Assembly (NCBI GenBank): GCA_964592785.1
Contig: CAZQHU010000006.1
Span: 1-56,701 of the forward strand
Length of the DNA: 56,701 nt
Direction of reading: 5' to 3'
DNA from: an uncultured Gammaproteobacteria bacterium
GTDB lineage: Bacteria; Patescibacteriota; Patescibacteriia; Magasanikbacterales; UBA922
Shown one piece after another: positions 18,349 through 27,314 of this stretch. Positions within the stretch are counted from its first letter, which is position 1; each line of letters opens with the position of its first letter. A program made the translations under genes and the position numbers. The notes beneath the pieces are model-generated. The model was not told where the DNA came from. It saw nothing but the letters and a program-made list of their open reading frames with translations, and ran no database searches.

Positions 18349-18846
18349 CTAAAACTTCAAAAAATCCGGCATGCCTGTATCACCACCCATAGGATCATTA
18401 TAAAAAGTCCGAGTATCATCCTCTATTTCAAAATTGAAATTGGCATAAAACCCGCTCGGAGCTTCGGAAATGGTGGCTTGTCTGAGATAACGAACGACAA
18501 AAATACTAATACTAAAAGCTGTGATAGTGATAGCCACACCCAAGACTGCTTGCCAAATAACTTTTTTACCCTGGGTAATTTTTTCTTCACTGCCACCAGA
18601 AAGCAAAATCAAATACCCAGCATAAACCAAATAGGCCAAGAATACTACTCCCAAGGTACCCAGGATGACCTGAATAGTGTAAGCGGCAATCAAACGAGGA
18701 TCATTGGGAGTACCGAGATCAGCTCCCTGCTCACCAGTGAGAGCCCCCAGCTGGGTATAAACATCTACTGCCAAAACCGGCAAAGACCAAATGCCTGTCA
18801 AAAGTACAAAAATGGCAATCAAAAATAATTTTTTGATTTTTGTCAT
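18349..18846 (-). CDS. VirB2/TrbC-like pilin
   Basis: Signal peptide plus two-TM core VYAGYLILLSGGSEEKITQGKK..AVLG. Confidence 0.8.
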   Translation of the reverse strand: MTKIKKLFLIAIFVLLTGIWSLPVLAVDVYTQLGALTGEQGADLGTPNDPRLIAAYTIQVILGTLGVVFLAYLVYAGYLILLSGGSEEKITQGKKVIWQAVLGVAITITAFSISIFVVRYLRQATISEAPSGFYANFNFEIEDDTRTFYNDPMGGDTGMPDFLKF

Positions 18847-18861
18847 ATAAAATTATTATTG

Positions 18862-19248
18862 TCAACGAAAAGCTGCATCTCTAAAACCCTGAACAATGAA
18901 ATAAGTGATCCCATAGGATGCCAAAATTATTATGAGCCCCACTATGGCCGGGCGAATAATACTAAGAGCTTTATTGGCTTTTTCTTCATTGCCACGAGCT
19001 GTCAAAAGCATATAACCTCCATAAACTACTAACACCAAAAAAACTATTCCTACGGTTTCTAAAATAATTTGAATAAATGAAGCTATTCTGGCCTGCAAAG
19101 GAATTTCTGAATTTATCTCAGCCACGCTACCGGCAGTGCCCACTTGTTGCATTATTTCAGATTTGGAAGCAGCTAGAGTTAAAACCGGAGACAAAAAACT
19201 CAAAAACAATGCTATTAAAATAATAATTTTGGAACTGCGCAAACTCAT
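18862..19248 (-). CDS. VirB2/TrbC-like pilin
   Basis: VYGGYMLLTARGNEEKANKA..AIVGLIIILASYGI core. Confidence 0.82.
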   Translation of the reverse strand: MSLRSSKIIILIALFLSFLSPVLTLAASKSEIMQQVGTAGSVAEINSEIPLQARIASFIQIILETVGIVFLVLVVYGGYMLLTARGNEEKANKALSIIRPAIVGLIIILASYGITYFIVQGFRDAAFR

Positions 19249-19249
19249 A

Positions 19250-19627
19250 TTATTTTATGGAACGAGCCAAGATCGCCGGCACCACAAAGCTAGTGATGCT
19301 ATAGGCAGCCAAGGTAATAATCAGGCCGACAATCGCCGCGATAATAATTTTCCTGGCCTTGTCTATCTGATCTTCTTGTCCTCGGGCGGTCATCCAGAGA
19401 TAACCCGCATAGACCATGAGGATGAGAAAAATCACTCCCACAAAAGACAAAGCCGCTTTGATAATCGTCCCCAAAGTTTCAGCCAAAGTTAGTTCATCAG
19501 CATCAGCAAAACCAGCTTTACCAGCAGTATCTCTCGCCAAATCTGAACCCAAATCAATAGCCAAAGTGGAAAGCAAAGGAGTAAACAAAATGAAAGCCAC
19601 AATCACCACGTAAAATATTTTTTTCAT
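19250..19627 (-). CDS. VirB2/TrbC-like pilin
   Basis: VYAGYLWMTARGQEDQIDKARKII core. Confidence 0.85.
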   Translation of the reverse strand: MKKIFYVVIVAFILFTPLLSTLAIDLGSDLARDTAGKAGFADADELTLAETLGTIIKAALSFVGVIFLILMVYAGYLWMTARGQEDQIDKARKIIIAAIVGLIITLAAYSITSFVVPAILARSIK

Positions 19628-19633
19628 AAAAAT

Positions 19634-19951
19634 TTATTTAAACTGTGTAGTCACAAGCACAGTGATGGCATAAGCACTAACTACGATCACGAGACCGATG
19701 ACTGCCGCGATAATAATTTTCCTGGCCTTGTCTATCTGATCTTCCTCACCCCGAGCTGTCATCCAGAGATAACCCGCATAGACCATGAGGATGAGAAAAA
19801 TCAAACCTACCAAAGTTAGAGCAGTGCTAATAACTGATCCTATTAAAACTGAAATGTCGGCATTATCCTTCACACCTGCAGCGTCAGCAGTTTTGCCCAG
19901 CTCTCGACCGGCCTGACCAATCCCGGCCTGAGCCAATAAAATTTTTGACAT
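19634..19951 (-). CDS. VirB2/TrbC-like pilin
   Basis: VYAGYLWMTARGEEDQIDKARKII core; start trimmed to MSKILL. Confidence 0.85.
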   Translation of the reverse strand: MSKILLAQAGIGQAGRELGKTADAAGVKDNADISVLIGSVISTALTLVGLIFLILMVYAGYLWMTARGEEDQIDKARKIIIAAVIGLVIVVSAYAITVLVTTQFK

Positions 19952-19971
19952 ATTTTTATAACAATTAATTT

Positions 19972-20631
19972 TTATCGGCAATAATCCTTGGCGCAATTAT
20001 CATTACCCACTTCATCATCAGTATAGCGGGAAGCATTTTCATAAAATAACCAGCAACCAGCTTCTGCTTGGTCAGTACAACCTCTTTTTTCCCGTCCTTG
20101 CAAACGACAAACATTTTCCGTATTAATATAACAAGCTTTGTTGATGGCAATATTAATATCCCCCGCGCTTTCTACCCATTCCACGCAACAACCTTTGATA
20201 ACTTCCTCTGACAAGTCTGGGGTAGTATCACTCACACTAGCAGCTTGACCTTCGACAATCCTCGTCACTACCAAATTGGTGATAGCATAGCCAGAAACAA
20301 TAATCACAAGACCAATCACTGCCATGGTGATAGTATCTCTGGAACTCTTTATTCGATCCTCCTCACCTCGAGCTGTCATCCAACGGAAACCAGCATAAAC
20401 CATGAGAATAAAAAATATTGTACCCACAAAAGACAGAGCGATCTTAATCCAAAAACCAATCATTTCTGGTACGCTCTGGGGTAGATTGGTAGTAGCTATG
20501 CCAGTCGGACCCAGAGTCTGAGTAAGCACCCCGGTCGCATCATTGATAGTCTTGGCGGCAAAAGCTGGTATCGCAAACAAAGTAAAAACTAATATTACTG
20601 ACAATAAACAAAATTTACAAAATTTCACCAT
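19972..20631 (-). CDS. Pilin with Cys-rich C-terminal domain
   Basis: YAGFRWMTARGEED core followed by a Cys-rich tail. Confidence 0.82.
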   Translation of the reverse strand: MVKFCKFCLLSVILVFTLFAIPAFAAKTINDATGVLTQTLGPTGIATTNLPQSVPEMIGFWIKIALSFVGTIFFILMVYAGFRWMTARGEEDRIKSSRDTITMAVIGLVIIVSGYAITNLVVTRIVEGQAASVSDTTPDLSEEVIKGCCVEWVESAGDINIAINKACYINTENVCRLQGREKRGCTDQAEAGCWLFYENASRYTDDEVGNDNCAKDYCR

Positions 20632-20634
20632 AAC

Positions 20635-21552
20635 TTATTCATTTTTAGGCAAGCAAGATCGACGTGAAGAACCATTGAAACAATAAAAATTACTTTCACA
20701 ATCACTATTTAGCGTACATTCAGCACATTCCAAACCACTTTCACAATATCCATTAACACAATGTCCACTTTGACACTGTGAATGGGCAGAACATTTGTCG
20801 CCATTTGTACAAATCAATCCGGTACAACCTATCAAACTTGTACTTGGTAACCCTTCTGGACAAGAAGCACCTTTTTGACATGTTCCCTTTTTACATATTG
20901 AATCAATACAGTCAGCATTACTGTCACAAGACGCATTAATATTTGACTCTAGAGGCGCAGTAGGTTCAGTTTCTCCCCCACCCAAACAACTACTAAAATA
21001 GGTTTTTTCATCATTAGATAAAATATCACTATTTGAAACACCCAAAAGACACTGACTCACACAACCATCAAAATCACTATAAAAAGCTTGAAACACCTCC
21101 ACATCCATACTAGTGCAAGCATTATCACAACACTGTTCATCAGCTATCGTTCCACTTCCACCTCCTCCAGCATTCCCACCTCCACCCCCTGTCGTGGCTG
21201 TCCCACCCACACTACTAAACACAAAGTTGGTGATAGCATAGGCCGCGAGAATGATAATCAATCCAATAACTGCAGCAATCACAGTGTCCATACCTTGTTT
21301 GGCCTGTTCTTCTTTGCCATGGGCAGTCATCCAGAGAAACCCGCCAAAAATCATCAGAGCAAAAAAAATGACGCCAATAAGCGATAGCGCCGTACCTATT
21401 ACATTACCAATAAGTGTAGGAAGTTTAAGTCCAGTATTCAAACCGGCTGTTCTAGCAGTTTCCTCCAGACCATAGGCCGCCCAAGTAGTGGTAAATAAAA
21501 CCAAAGAAAAAATCACCACCAAAAAACCAGCGAAGAAAAATTTTTTGGACAT
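20635..21552 (-). CDS. Pilin with Gly linker and large Cys-rich repeat domain
   Basis: GGFLWMTAHGKEEQ core, TTGGGGGNAGGGGSG linker, CxxxxxCxxxxC-type repeats. Confidence 0.82.
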   Translation of the reverse strand: MSKKFFFAGFLVVIFSLVLFTTTWAAYGLEETARTAGLNTGLKLPTLIGNVIGTALSLIGVIFFALMIFGGFLWMTAHGKEEQAKQGMDTVIAAVIGLIIILAAYAITNFVFSSVGGTATTGGGGGNAGGGGSGTIADEQCCDNACTSMDVEVFQAFYSDFDGCVSQCLLGVSNSDILSNDEKTYFSSCLGGGETEPTAPLESNINASCDSNADCIDSICKKGTCQKGASCPEGLPSTSLIGCTGLICTNGDKCSAHSQCQSGHCVNGYCESGLECAECTLNSDCESNFYCFNGSSRRSCLPKNE

Positions 21553-21556
21553 AAGT

Positions 21557-22010
21557 TTATAAATTTATAATTTTTAATTTTAAATTTTTAAACAATCCCT
21601 AATTTTTAATTTTTAAACTATGTGTAATCTTGCTAAAAATCAAAGACAACTCATTCGCCTCTTTCCAAATTGTTCTCAATTCCACTTTAACTTCCGGATT
21701 AACTTCAGCCAAAAGTTCTATCCAATACTTAGTTTCTTGTATTTCTTTTCTAACAATATAAATCTTATTTTTAAAATCATTCCTGGAAACTCCAGCATTT
21801 GCTTCCCTATAATTCGCTCCCACACTTGTACTAGAACGAAGTAACTGATTAATTATATTTTGATTCAAAGCATGAAACTTTAAATTTTTAATTAGAGCAA
21901 TAACTTCCTTACTAAACTTCAAAGTACGTTCTTCCAAATCGTATTGCATAATTAAAAATTTTTTAATTCAAAATTGTTTAAAAATTAATAATTAATAATT
22001 AAAAATTAAA
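21557..22010. mobile_element. Heptamer-repeat inverted-repeat element carrying a four-helix-bundle gene
   Basis: Perfect 14-bp IR AATTTTTAAACAAT (21583-21596) / ATTGTTTAAAAATT (21973-21986) embedded in (T/A)AATTTT repeats. Confidence 0.6.
21599..21949 (-). CDS. Four-helix-bundle protein (23S rRNA IVP / Avd-like family)
   Basis: DLEERTLKFS, QLLRSSTSVGANYREA and ETKYWIELL motifs; 116 aa. Confidence 0.92.
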   Translation of the reverse strand: MQYDLEERTLKFSKEVIALIKNLKFHALNQNIINQLLRSSTSVGANYREANAGVSRNDFKNKIYIVRKEIQETKYWIELLAEVNPEVKVELRTIWKEANELSLIFSKITHSLKIKN

Positions 22011-22427
22011 CTAATCACTTATCTCATTATAAACATTCCCAGTGGTTGCTTGAAATAAATTCACCATTACAAAACGAGTGATACTATAGGCAGCCAAGAT
22101 TATCACCAAACCAATAACTGCTGAAAAAAGAATTTTTCTGGCACTGGAAGCGTTTTCTTCATTACCGCCGGCAGTCATCCATTTGAAACCGGCATAGATC
22201 ACGAGCACTACGGCCACAATACCGAGGAGTCCCAAAGCTACAGAAATTATCTGGGCTACCATATAGCGCACATCCTGATCCCCGAGACCAGTAGCCGCTC
22301 CATATTCTAGACCAAGATAAGGACCCGGATCAGTAGCCTCCACCTGAGCCAAGACTGGCAGAGCCAAGGTAAATAAACTAAAAGCCAAAGCCACTACACC
22401 GACGACGAACATTATTTTTTTTGACAT
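22011..22427 (-). CDS. VirB2/TrbC-like pilin
   Basis: IYAGFKWMTAGGNEENASSARKI core. Confidence 0.85.
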   Translation of the reverse strand: MSKKIMFVVGVVALAFSLFTLALPVLAQVEATDPGPYLGLEYGAATGLGDQDVRYMVAQIISVALGLLGIVAVVLVIYAGFKWMTAGGNEENASSARKILFSAVIGLVIILAAYSITRFVMVNLFQATTGNVYNEISD

Positions 22428-22436
22428 AGCAATTTA

Positions 22437-22555
22437 ATTAAAATTTACAATTTATAATTTACAAACAATCAACAATTCATCAATTATCAATTTTTAAATA
22501 TTGAAAATTGGTTCTTGAAAATTTTTTGGAAATTGTAAATTGAGAATTAAAAACT
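22437..22555. repeat. Gene-less heptamer inverted-repeat element
   Basis: AATTTACAATTT..AATTTACAAACAAT left arm and AAATTGTAAATT right arm. Confidence 0.5.
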
Positions 22556-22654
22556 TATAAAAACTTTCTTTCCTGCCCCACTTCGCATATACGAAATAGG
22601 GCAGGACAAGAAAAGTATATTTACTGTATTCCTCTCTGCTAGCAGAAAGAAATT

Positions 22655-23170
22655 TTAAAATGTTGGAATTTGACCAGCGCCTGAACCTGTAGCTTCTGCC
22701 AAACTGCGCAAAACAAAAAGAGTGATGGCCCAAGCTGACAAAATAATTGCCAAGCCAATAATACCAGCGAAGATCAATTTACGAGCTTCGGTGGTTTTTT
22801 CTTCGTTACCGCCAGCTGTCATCCATTTGAAGCCACCAGCCAAGACGATAACCACAGCGACCACACCCAAAAGACTCAAAGCCACATTGATAATTCTACC
22901 AACTGTAGTTCTTAGATCCTGGTTTCCTAATGTACCTTCAACTCCTTCATTAAATTCTGTAAGACCAAAAGGGTCTGCTGAATCTGTGCTACCTGTAGCT
23001 GCACAAACTCCGGATGAACTACACACTTCTCCGCTACCACAAGGACTGCTAGCACTACATGGAGCTCCTATTTCTGCCAAGGCCACTGTACCAATAGCCA
23101 AACTTAGAGCCAAAGCGAACACTATTACCAAAATGGTCTTATATTGTGCTAATTTTGTAAACCAATACAT
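22655..23170 (-). CDS. Pilin with N-terminal Cys module
   Basis: CSASSPCGSGEVCSSSGVC, then GGFKWMTAGGNEEK core. Confidence 0.85.
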   Translation of the reverse strand: MYWFTKLAQYKTILVIVFALALSLAIGTVALAEIGAPCSASSPCGSGEVCSSSGVCAATGSTDSADPFGLTEFNEGVEGTLGNQDLRTTVGRIINVALSLLGVVAVVIVLAGGFKWMTAGGNEEKTTEARKLIFAGIIGLAIILSAWAITLFVLRSLAEATGSGAGQIPTF

Positions 23171-23218
23171 GTTCTCACCCCCTTTCTGTTTAAAAATAAT
23201 TTTTTATAACTAAACATT

Positions 23219-23977
23219 TTAAGGACAAGTTTCACCTGGTCTCCAGACATATTGATTTGGATCATTGACATTCACTGGCGGATCATATTGTGAAGCTATA
23301 CCCTCACAATAAGCTCGTTCTTCTTCTACACAGCTTCGATCTTGTTTTGTTGGAAACAAGCATGAACCCAAAGTTTGTAGATCCGAACAGCTTCTTCCTT
23401 CTGGATAGAATAAAGCCAAATCTTTTGAAAAACACTCTGTTTCTGTCAGTTGTTCACATTTACTGGCATCACCGTCTTGTTGATACCAACAGGTCCCGGC
23501 TTTGGTATTTGTATCATCTTTTTCTTGTGTTGTGGGAGGTGAGGAAGCTGGCGGATTTTCCATTTTATAGCCAGCGGTAACTCCTTCCAAAAGCATGTTT
23601 AGTATAGCATAACTGGAAAAAATTACAAAGAGCCCAACAATCGCCCAAAGCATAGTCTGAGTGCCTTTTTTTACTTGTTCAGCATTACCAGCCGAAGTTA
23701 GCCACATAAATCCGCCGGCCACAAAAACCCCCAGAGAGAGCGCTCCCAAAACTCCCAAAACTCCACCAATAATATCCCCGATCAAATAACGAAAATCTTT
23801 ACGAGTGTCTATTTCTTTGCCATCAACTTTTATAATATTTGACCCCAAAGGATTTTCCAATTTTACTGAAGTGGGACTAAAGGTACTACCACTTTCAGTT
23901 GAAGTGGCCGCCAAAACCGCCTGACCAAAATTTAGAGATAGTAGAATAGCGATAATAAAAAATAATATTTTTTTCAT
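23219..23977 (-). CDS. Pilin with Cys-rich C-terminal domain
   Basis: GGFMWLTSAGNAEQVKKG core plus Cys-rich tail. Confidence 0.82.
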   Translation of the reverse strand: MKKILFFIIAILLSLNFGQAVLAATSTESGSTFSPTSVKLENPLGSNIIKVDGKEIDTRKDFRYLIGDIIGGVLGVLGALSLGVFVAGGFMWLTSAGNAEQVKKGTQTMLWAIVGLFVIFSSYAILNMLLEGVTAGYKMENPPASSPPTTQEKDDTNTKAGTCWYQQDGDASKCEQLTETECFSKDLALFYPEGRSCSDLQTLGSCLFPTKQDRSCVEEERAYCEGIASQYDPPVNVNDPNQYVWRPGETCP

Positions 23978-23992
23978 ATTTATCCTGTTAAA

Positions 23993-24643
23993 TTATTTTA
24001 TCACATTGAAATCACCAGCCACATTTAGGACATCTACCAGCATAAACTTGATCACGGCATAAGCAAAAAAGCAGATCAATAAGCCCACTACTGCTGCCAC
24101 CAAAATATCTCTGCCTTTCTTCACTTTCTCGGCATTACCAAAAGAAAGAATCATGGTAAAACCGCCATAAATGAAATAACCCAAAGCAAAAGTACCCAAA
24201 ATTCCAAAAAATCCTGAAGCAAAACGAATCACCAAAACCAAAAGATCATTCACATCCCTACAAGTGCCACTAAAAGCGCAATCAGGGAGAGCCACATTCT
24301 CTGCTCCTTCAGGTCTTCGATATTGTTCGACCATGAGTGACTGGGTTGGGGTAAAACATTTTTTTTGTTCACCATTCCAAATGCAAACCTTACTACCACT
24401 AGGATTATTTGGCCCACAAAGATCACCAGAAAGTTCATTACAAATGGTAGCATCAATCTTACTCAAACATTTATTTTTATTGGCAAGCCAAAAACATTCG
24501 TTTGATGCCCCACATTCACTATCTTTTAGATTCGCACAATCCGTTTGTTCCTCGGCCTTTACCACTGGAATCTCCAAAGTAAAAAAAATGCCCAACAAAA
24601 ACAAAATCAATCCTAACGTTTTAAAAAAATTTTTTCTAAACAT
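23993..24643 (-). CDS. Pilin with N-terminal Cys-rich repeats
   Basis: Two C-x6-C-x5/7-C-W repeats, then YGGFTMILSFGNAEKVKKG core. Confidence 0.82.
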   Translation of the reverse strand: MFRKNFFKTLGLILFLLGIFFTLEIPVVKAEEQTDCANLKDSECGASNECFWLANKNKCLSKIDATICNELSGDLCGPNNPSGSKVCIWNGEQKKCFTPTQSLMVEQYRRPEGAENVALPDCAFSGTCRDVNDLLVLVIRFASGFFGILGTFALGYFIYGGFTMILSFGNAEKVKKGRDILVAAVVGLLICFFAYAVIKFMLVDVLNVAGDFNVIK

Positions 24644-24659
24644 AAGAAAAAATAAAAAA

Positions 24660-26036
24660 TTACATTGTCTGTTGAATAACTCTGCTTGTAAAATTTATCA
24701 ACTCCATATTTTTTTGCAATTCATTCTTGCGAGGATCGGTAGAAGGCAAAACATAACTATGCACCAGATCAGCCATAGCTTTTTCAGCAGTGGCTATATT
24801 TCGTCCATGATACCAATTTTCTGCTTGCAAAATATAAGCCATAAAGGGAGCTAACAAAGGATCCTCTTTTTGTTTGTTTATTTGTGAACGAAGTGGAGTC
24901 GGTCGTCTCACTGCCTTGGTATATTTTTCAATATTTTCTGCTGAGGTAATGAAATTTATAAAATCCCAAGCTTCATTTTGGTGCTTGGACTTGGCCACCA
25001 CGCTCTGTACCCAATAATTGGCAACATTGAGTGGTTTGTCCTTGTTTAGTTGCAACATTGGTATAACTTCTAGACTCAACTGTGGTGCCAAAGCCCTAAT
25101 ACGAGCATAGTCATAAGCATAGCCAAAGTAAAAAATCACTTTACCACGAGCAAACTCGGTTAGTGCATCACCCATTTTTTCATTCCAAGTATATACATCA
25201 CGATCTTCGCGAGCAAAATCTGTATAAAAACGCAAAGCCGACATCATAGGATGGTTTTCTTTAGCTTGATCCAACCCCGAAGCAAAAGTCACATAATTAC
25301 CATTCGCCACTTGTACCCCACTTTGAAGCATCAATAAAGATAAAATATCAAAAGCCCGTGAAATATTATTGCCGGTCCCCAAAGCCGCTCCGGCCTGAAT
25401 AATATTTTTATCTTTATCAAATTTTCGACCATCTTTCACAGCCGTAAGAAAATCTTCCCAAGTGGCTGGGGGTTCTGGTATGCCAGCCCGATCCAAAAGA
25501 TCTTTATTATAATAAATAGCCATTGTATCAAAAGCCAAAGGCAAACCATAAACCTTCCCCTCAAAAACCACATCATCATACACGGCGCTAACATAATTAT
25601 TCTTGATATCCAAGGCAGTAATCAGTGACACCTGAGTTTGTGTGACTACAGTTTCTTTGAAATATTGTCCTTTTACAGAAATATTGGAAACATTTATAGC
25701 TCTTGGCATTGGCGAAAGTCTAGTCTGATATTTGCGTACTTCACGATTATTAACAGAAATAATATCTGGTGCTACATCATCAGCCAAAGCATTGACAAAC
25801 AGTTCATCAAATTGGTTAATACCAACTTGACGAATATTCACACTTACATAAGGACGGATTTTCTGATACTCTGTTGCCATTTCTTTCAATTGATTTACAT
25901 CATCATAAACTGTCCAAAAATTAAGTTTGACTGGTTTGATGGCTGCTTGCTCTTGCTCAGAAAGACCTTTACAACCAATGCCGACCACACCAAGCATACC
26001 AATCATGAATAATAGCTGTAATATTTTTTTAGTCAT
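24660..26036 (-). CDS. Extracellular solute-binding lipoprotein (sugar ABC SBP-like)
   Basis: Lipobox GIG-C; YGLPLAFDTMAIYYNKDLL and PPATWEDF motifs. Confidence 0.88.
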   Translation of the reverse strand: MTKKILQLLFMIGMLGVVGIGCKGLSEQEQAAIKPVKLNFWTVYDDVNQLKEMATEYQKIRPYVSVNIRQVGINQFDELFVNALADDVAPDIISVNNREVRKYQTRLSPMPRAINVSNISVKGQYFKETVVTQTQVSLITALDIKNNYVSAVYDDVVFEGKVYGLPLAFDTMAIYYNKDLLDRAGIPEPPATWEDFLTAVKDGRKFDKDKNIIQAGAALGTGNNISRAFDILSLLMLQSGVQVANGNYVTFASGLDQAKENHPMMSALRFYTDFAREDRDVYTWNEKMGDALTEFARGKVIFYFGYAYDYARIRALAPQLSLEVIPMLQLNKDKPLNVANYWVQSVVAKSKHQNEAWDFINFITSAENIEKYTKAVRRPTPLRSQINKQKEDPLLAPFMAYILQAENWYHGRNIATAEKAMADLVHSYVLPSTDPRKNELQKNMELINFTSRVIQQTM

Positions 26037-26053
26037 ATAAATTTATATATTTA

Positions 26054-27304
26054 TCAAAATGCCTCGAACACAAAATCGACCAAACCATAACTGCCCAAGA
26101 TAACTATGATACCCAAAGCTGCCCAAAGCATTATCTGCATAGCCATCTTAGTTTTTTCAGCGCTACCGCGACCAGTCATCCAAAGAAACCCGCCATAAAT
26201 AAACATCGCCAAAGCAATACTACCTATTATTTGCATAGCAGTATTTATTATTCTACCAATCACATCAGTTATTTTACTAGTCCCGAGTGGATTTAATTTT
26301 TTAACATCCAAAGCCAAATTATAATCTAAACCACCGGCGTCACGACTGTAAACAGAGCAGTCGGTACCCAAAGGCACTGACTCACAAATATAATTATTTT
26401 CACCTTTTCTCGCTGCGTTGCATTCATTTATATTATTAAAAAAACTAGGATTACAAACTTTTTTACCATCTTTGTCTGTAGTACACAAACAAAAACCACC
26501 CGCCTCTGAACAAAATTTGGAACCAATCAAAGATCCCATATTAAAAGCATTGGGACGATTACCACCCATTACTGTTTCTTTTTTTAACAAATCAATAGAA
26601 AGATTTTGATTTTGATCACCAATTATTAAAGGACTACTACAACTAATATTAAAATGGTACCAATCACCTTCTCCACAATCTAAATAATCCCATAGAGGAA
26701 TATCATCAATATATTTAAAATAATCTGGTAAGATTTTACCACTATTATAATCATTAAAAAAATCTTCTGAATTAGTATCTTCTTTGATTCTTGGTGTGTG
26801 ACACTTGTTATCATCTGTATTTACTTTAAGTTTAGGCACACAACAAGTACCTTGTTGAAGTTTAATAATTTTTTCTTGTAACGAAGCTAATTCTGATTGG
26901 GCGATAGCATCTTCCAAACTTGGTCTAATTCCTTCGGAACCTGCACTATTCATTACCAATTGAGCAGCACCACACAACCAATCATCATAAGTACTTTGGC
27001 CACCAACTGACAAAAGGTGTTTAACAGAAGTATAACCAGACAAAGGTACACAATTTTCAGAAAGTGAAATTGTATAAGCACCCATTATGTTTTCAGGTAC
27101 ATAACCTATTTGACGTGCCACTCCTTCACAAGAAACGGTTGTGCTAATATCCCCACTTAAAAAAACACAACTATTGGATGGTGTTGCGCCCTCATAATAA
27201 ACACAACAATGTGTATCTATTGCAAAAACTTTTTCTTGAAAGAAAAACAAACTAGCGACTAAAACCAAAACCAGCATCCCAAAAATTTTATAAATATTTT
27301 TCAT
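26054..27304 (-). CDS. Large Cys-rich protein with C-terminal pilin core
   Basis: Signal peptide, many Cys, YGGFLWMTGRGSAEK core at the C-terminus; start trimmed to MKNIYK. Confidence 0.8.
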   Translation of the reverse strand: MKNIYKIFGMLVLVLVASLFFFQEKVFAIDTHCCVYYEGATPSNSCVFLSGDISTTVSCEGVARQIGYVPENIMGAYTISLSENCVPLSGYTSVKHLLSVGGQSTYDDWLCGAAQLVMNSAGSEGIRPSLEDAIAQSELASLQEKIIKLQQGTCCVPKLKVNTDDNKCHTPRIKEDTNSEDFFNDYNSGKILPDYFKYIDDIPLWDYLDCGEGDWYHFNISCSSPLIIGDQNQNLSIDLLKKETVMGGNRPNAFNMGSLIGSKFCSEAGGFCLCTTDKDGKKVCNPSFFNNINECNAARKGENNYICESVPLGTDCSVYSRDAGGLDYNLALDVKKLNPLGTSKITDVIGRIINTAMQIIGSIALAMFIYGGFLWMTGRGSAEKTKMAMQIMLWAALGIIVILGSYGLVDFVFEAF

Positions 27305-27314
27305 ATTTATCCTG

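Noticed and set aside
21599-21949. Diversity-generating retroelement suggested by the Avd-like gene beside pilins
   Set aside because: There is no reverse transcriptase and no TR/VR pair differing at adenines in the window; the shared pilin tracts are exactly identical.
18349-27304. Conjugative T4SS or integrative element
   Set aside because: No VirB4, VirD4, relaxase or element boundaries are present; the array looks chromosomal.
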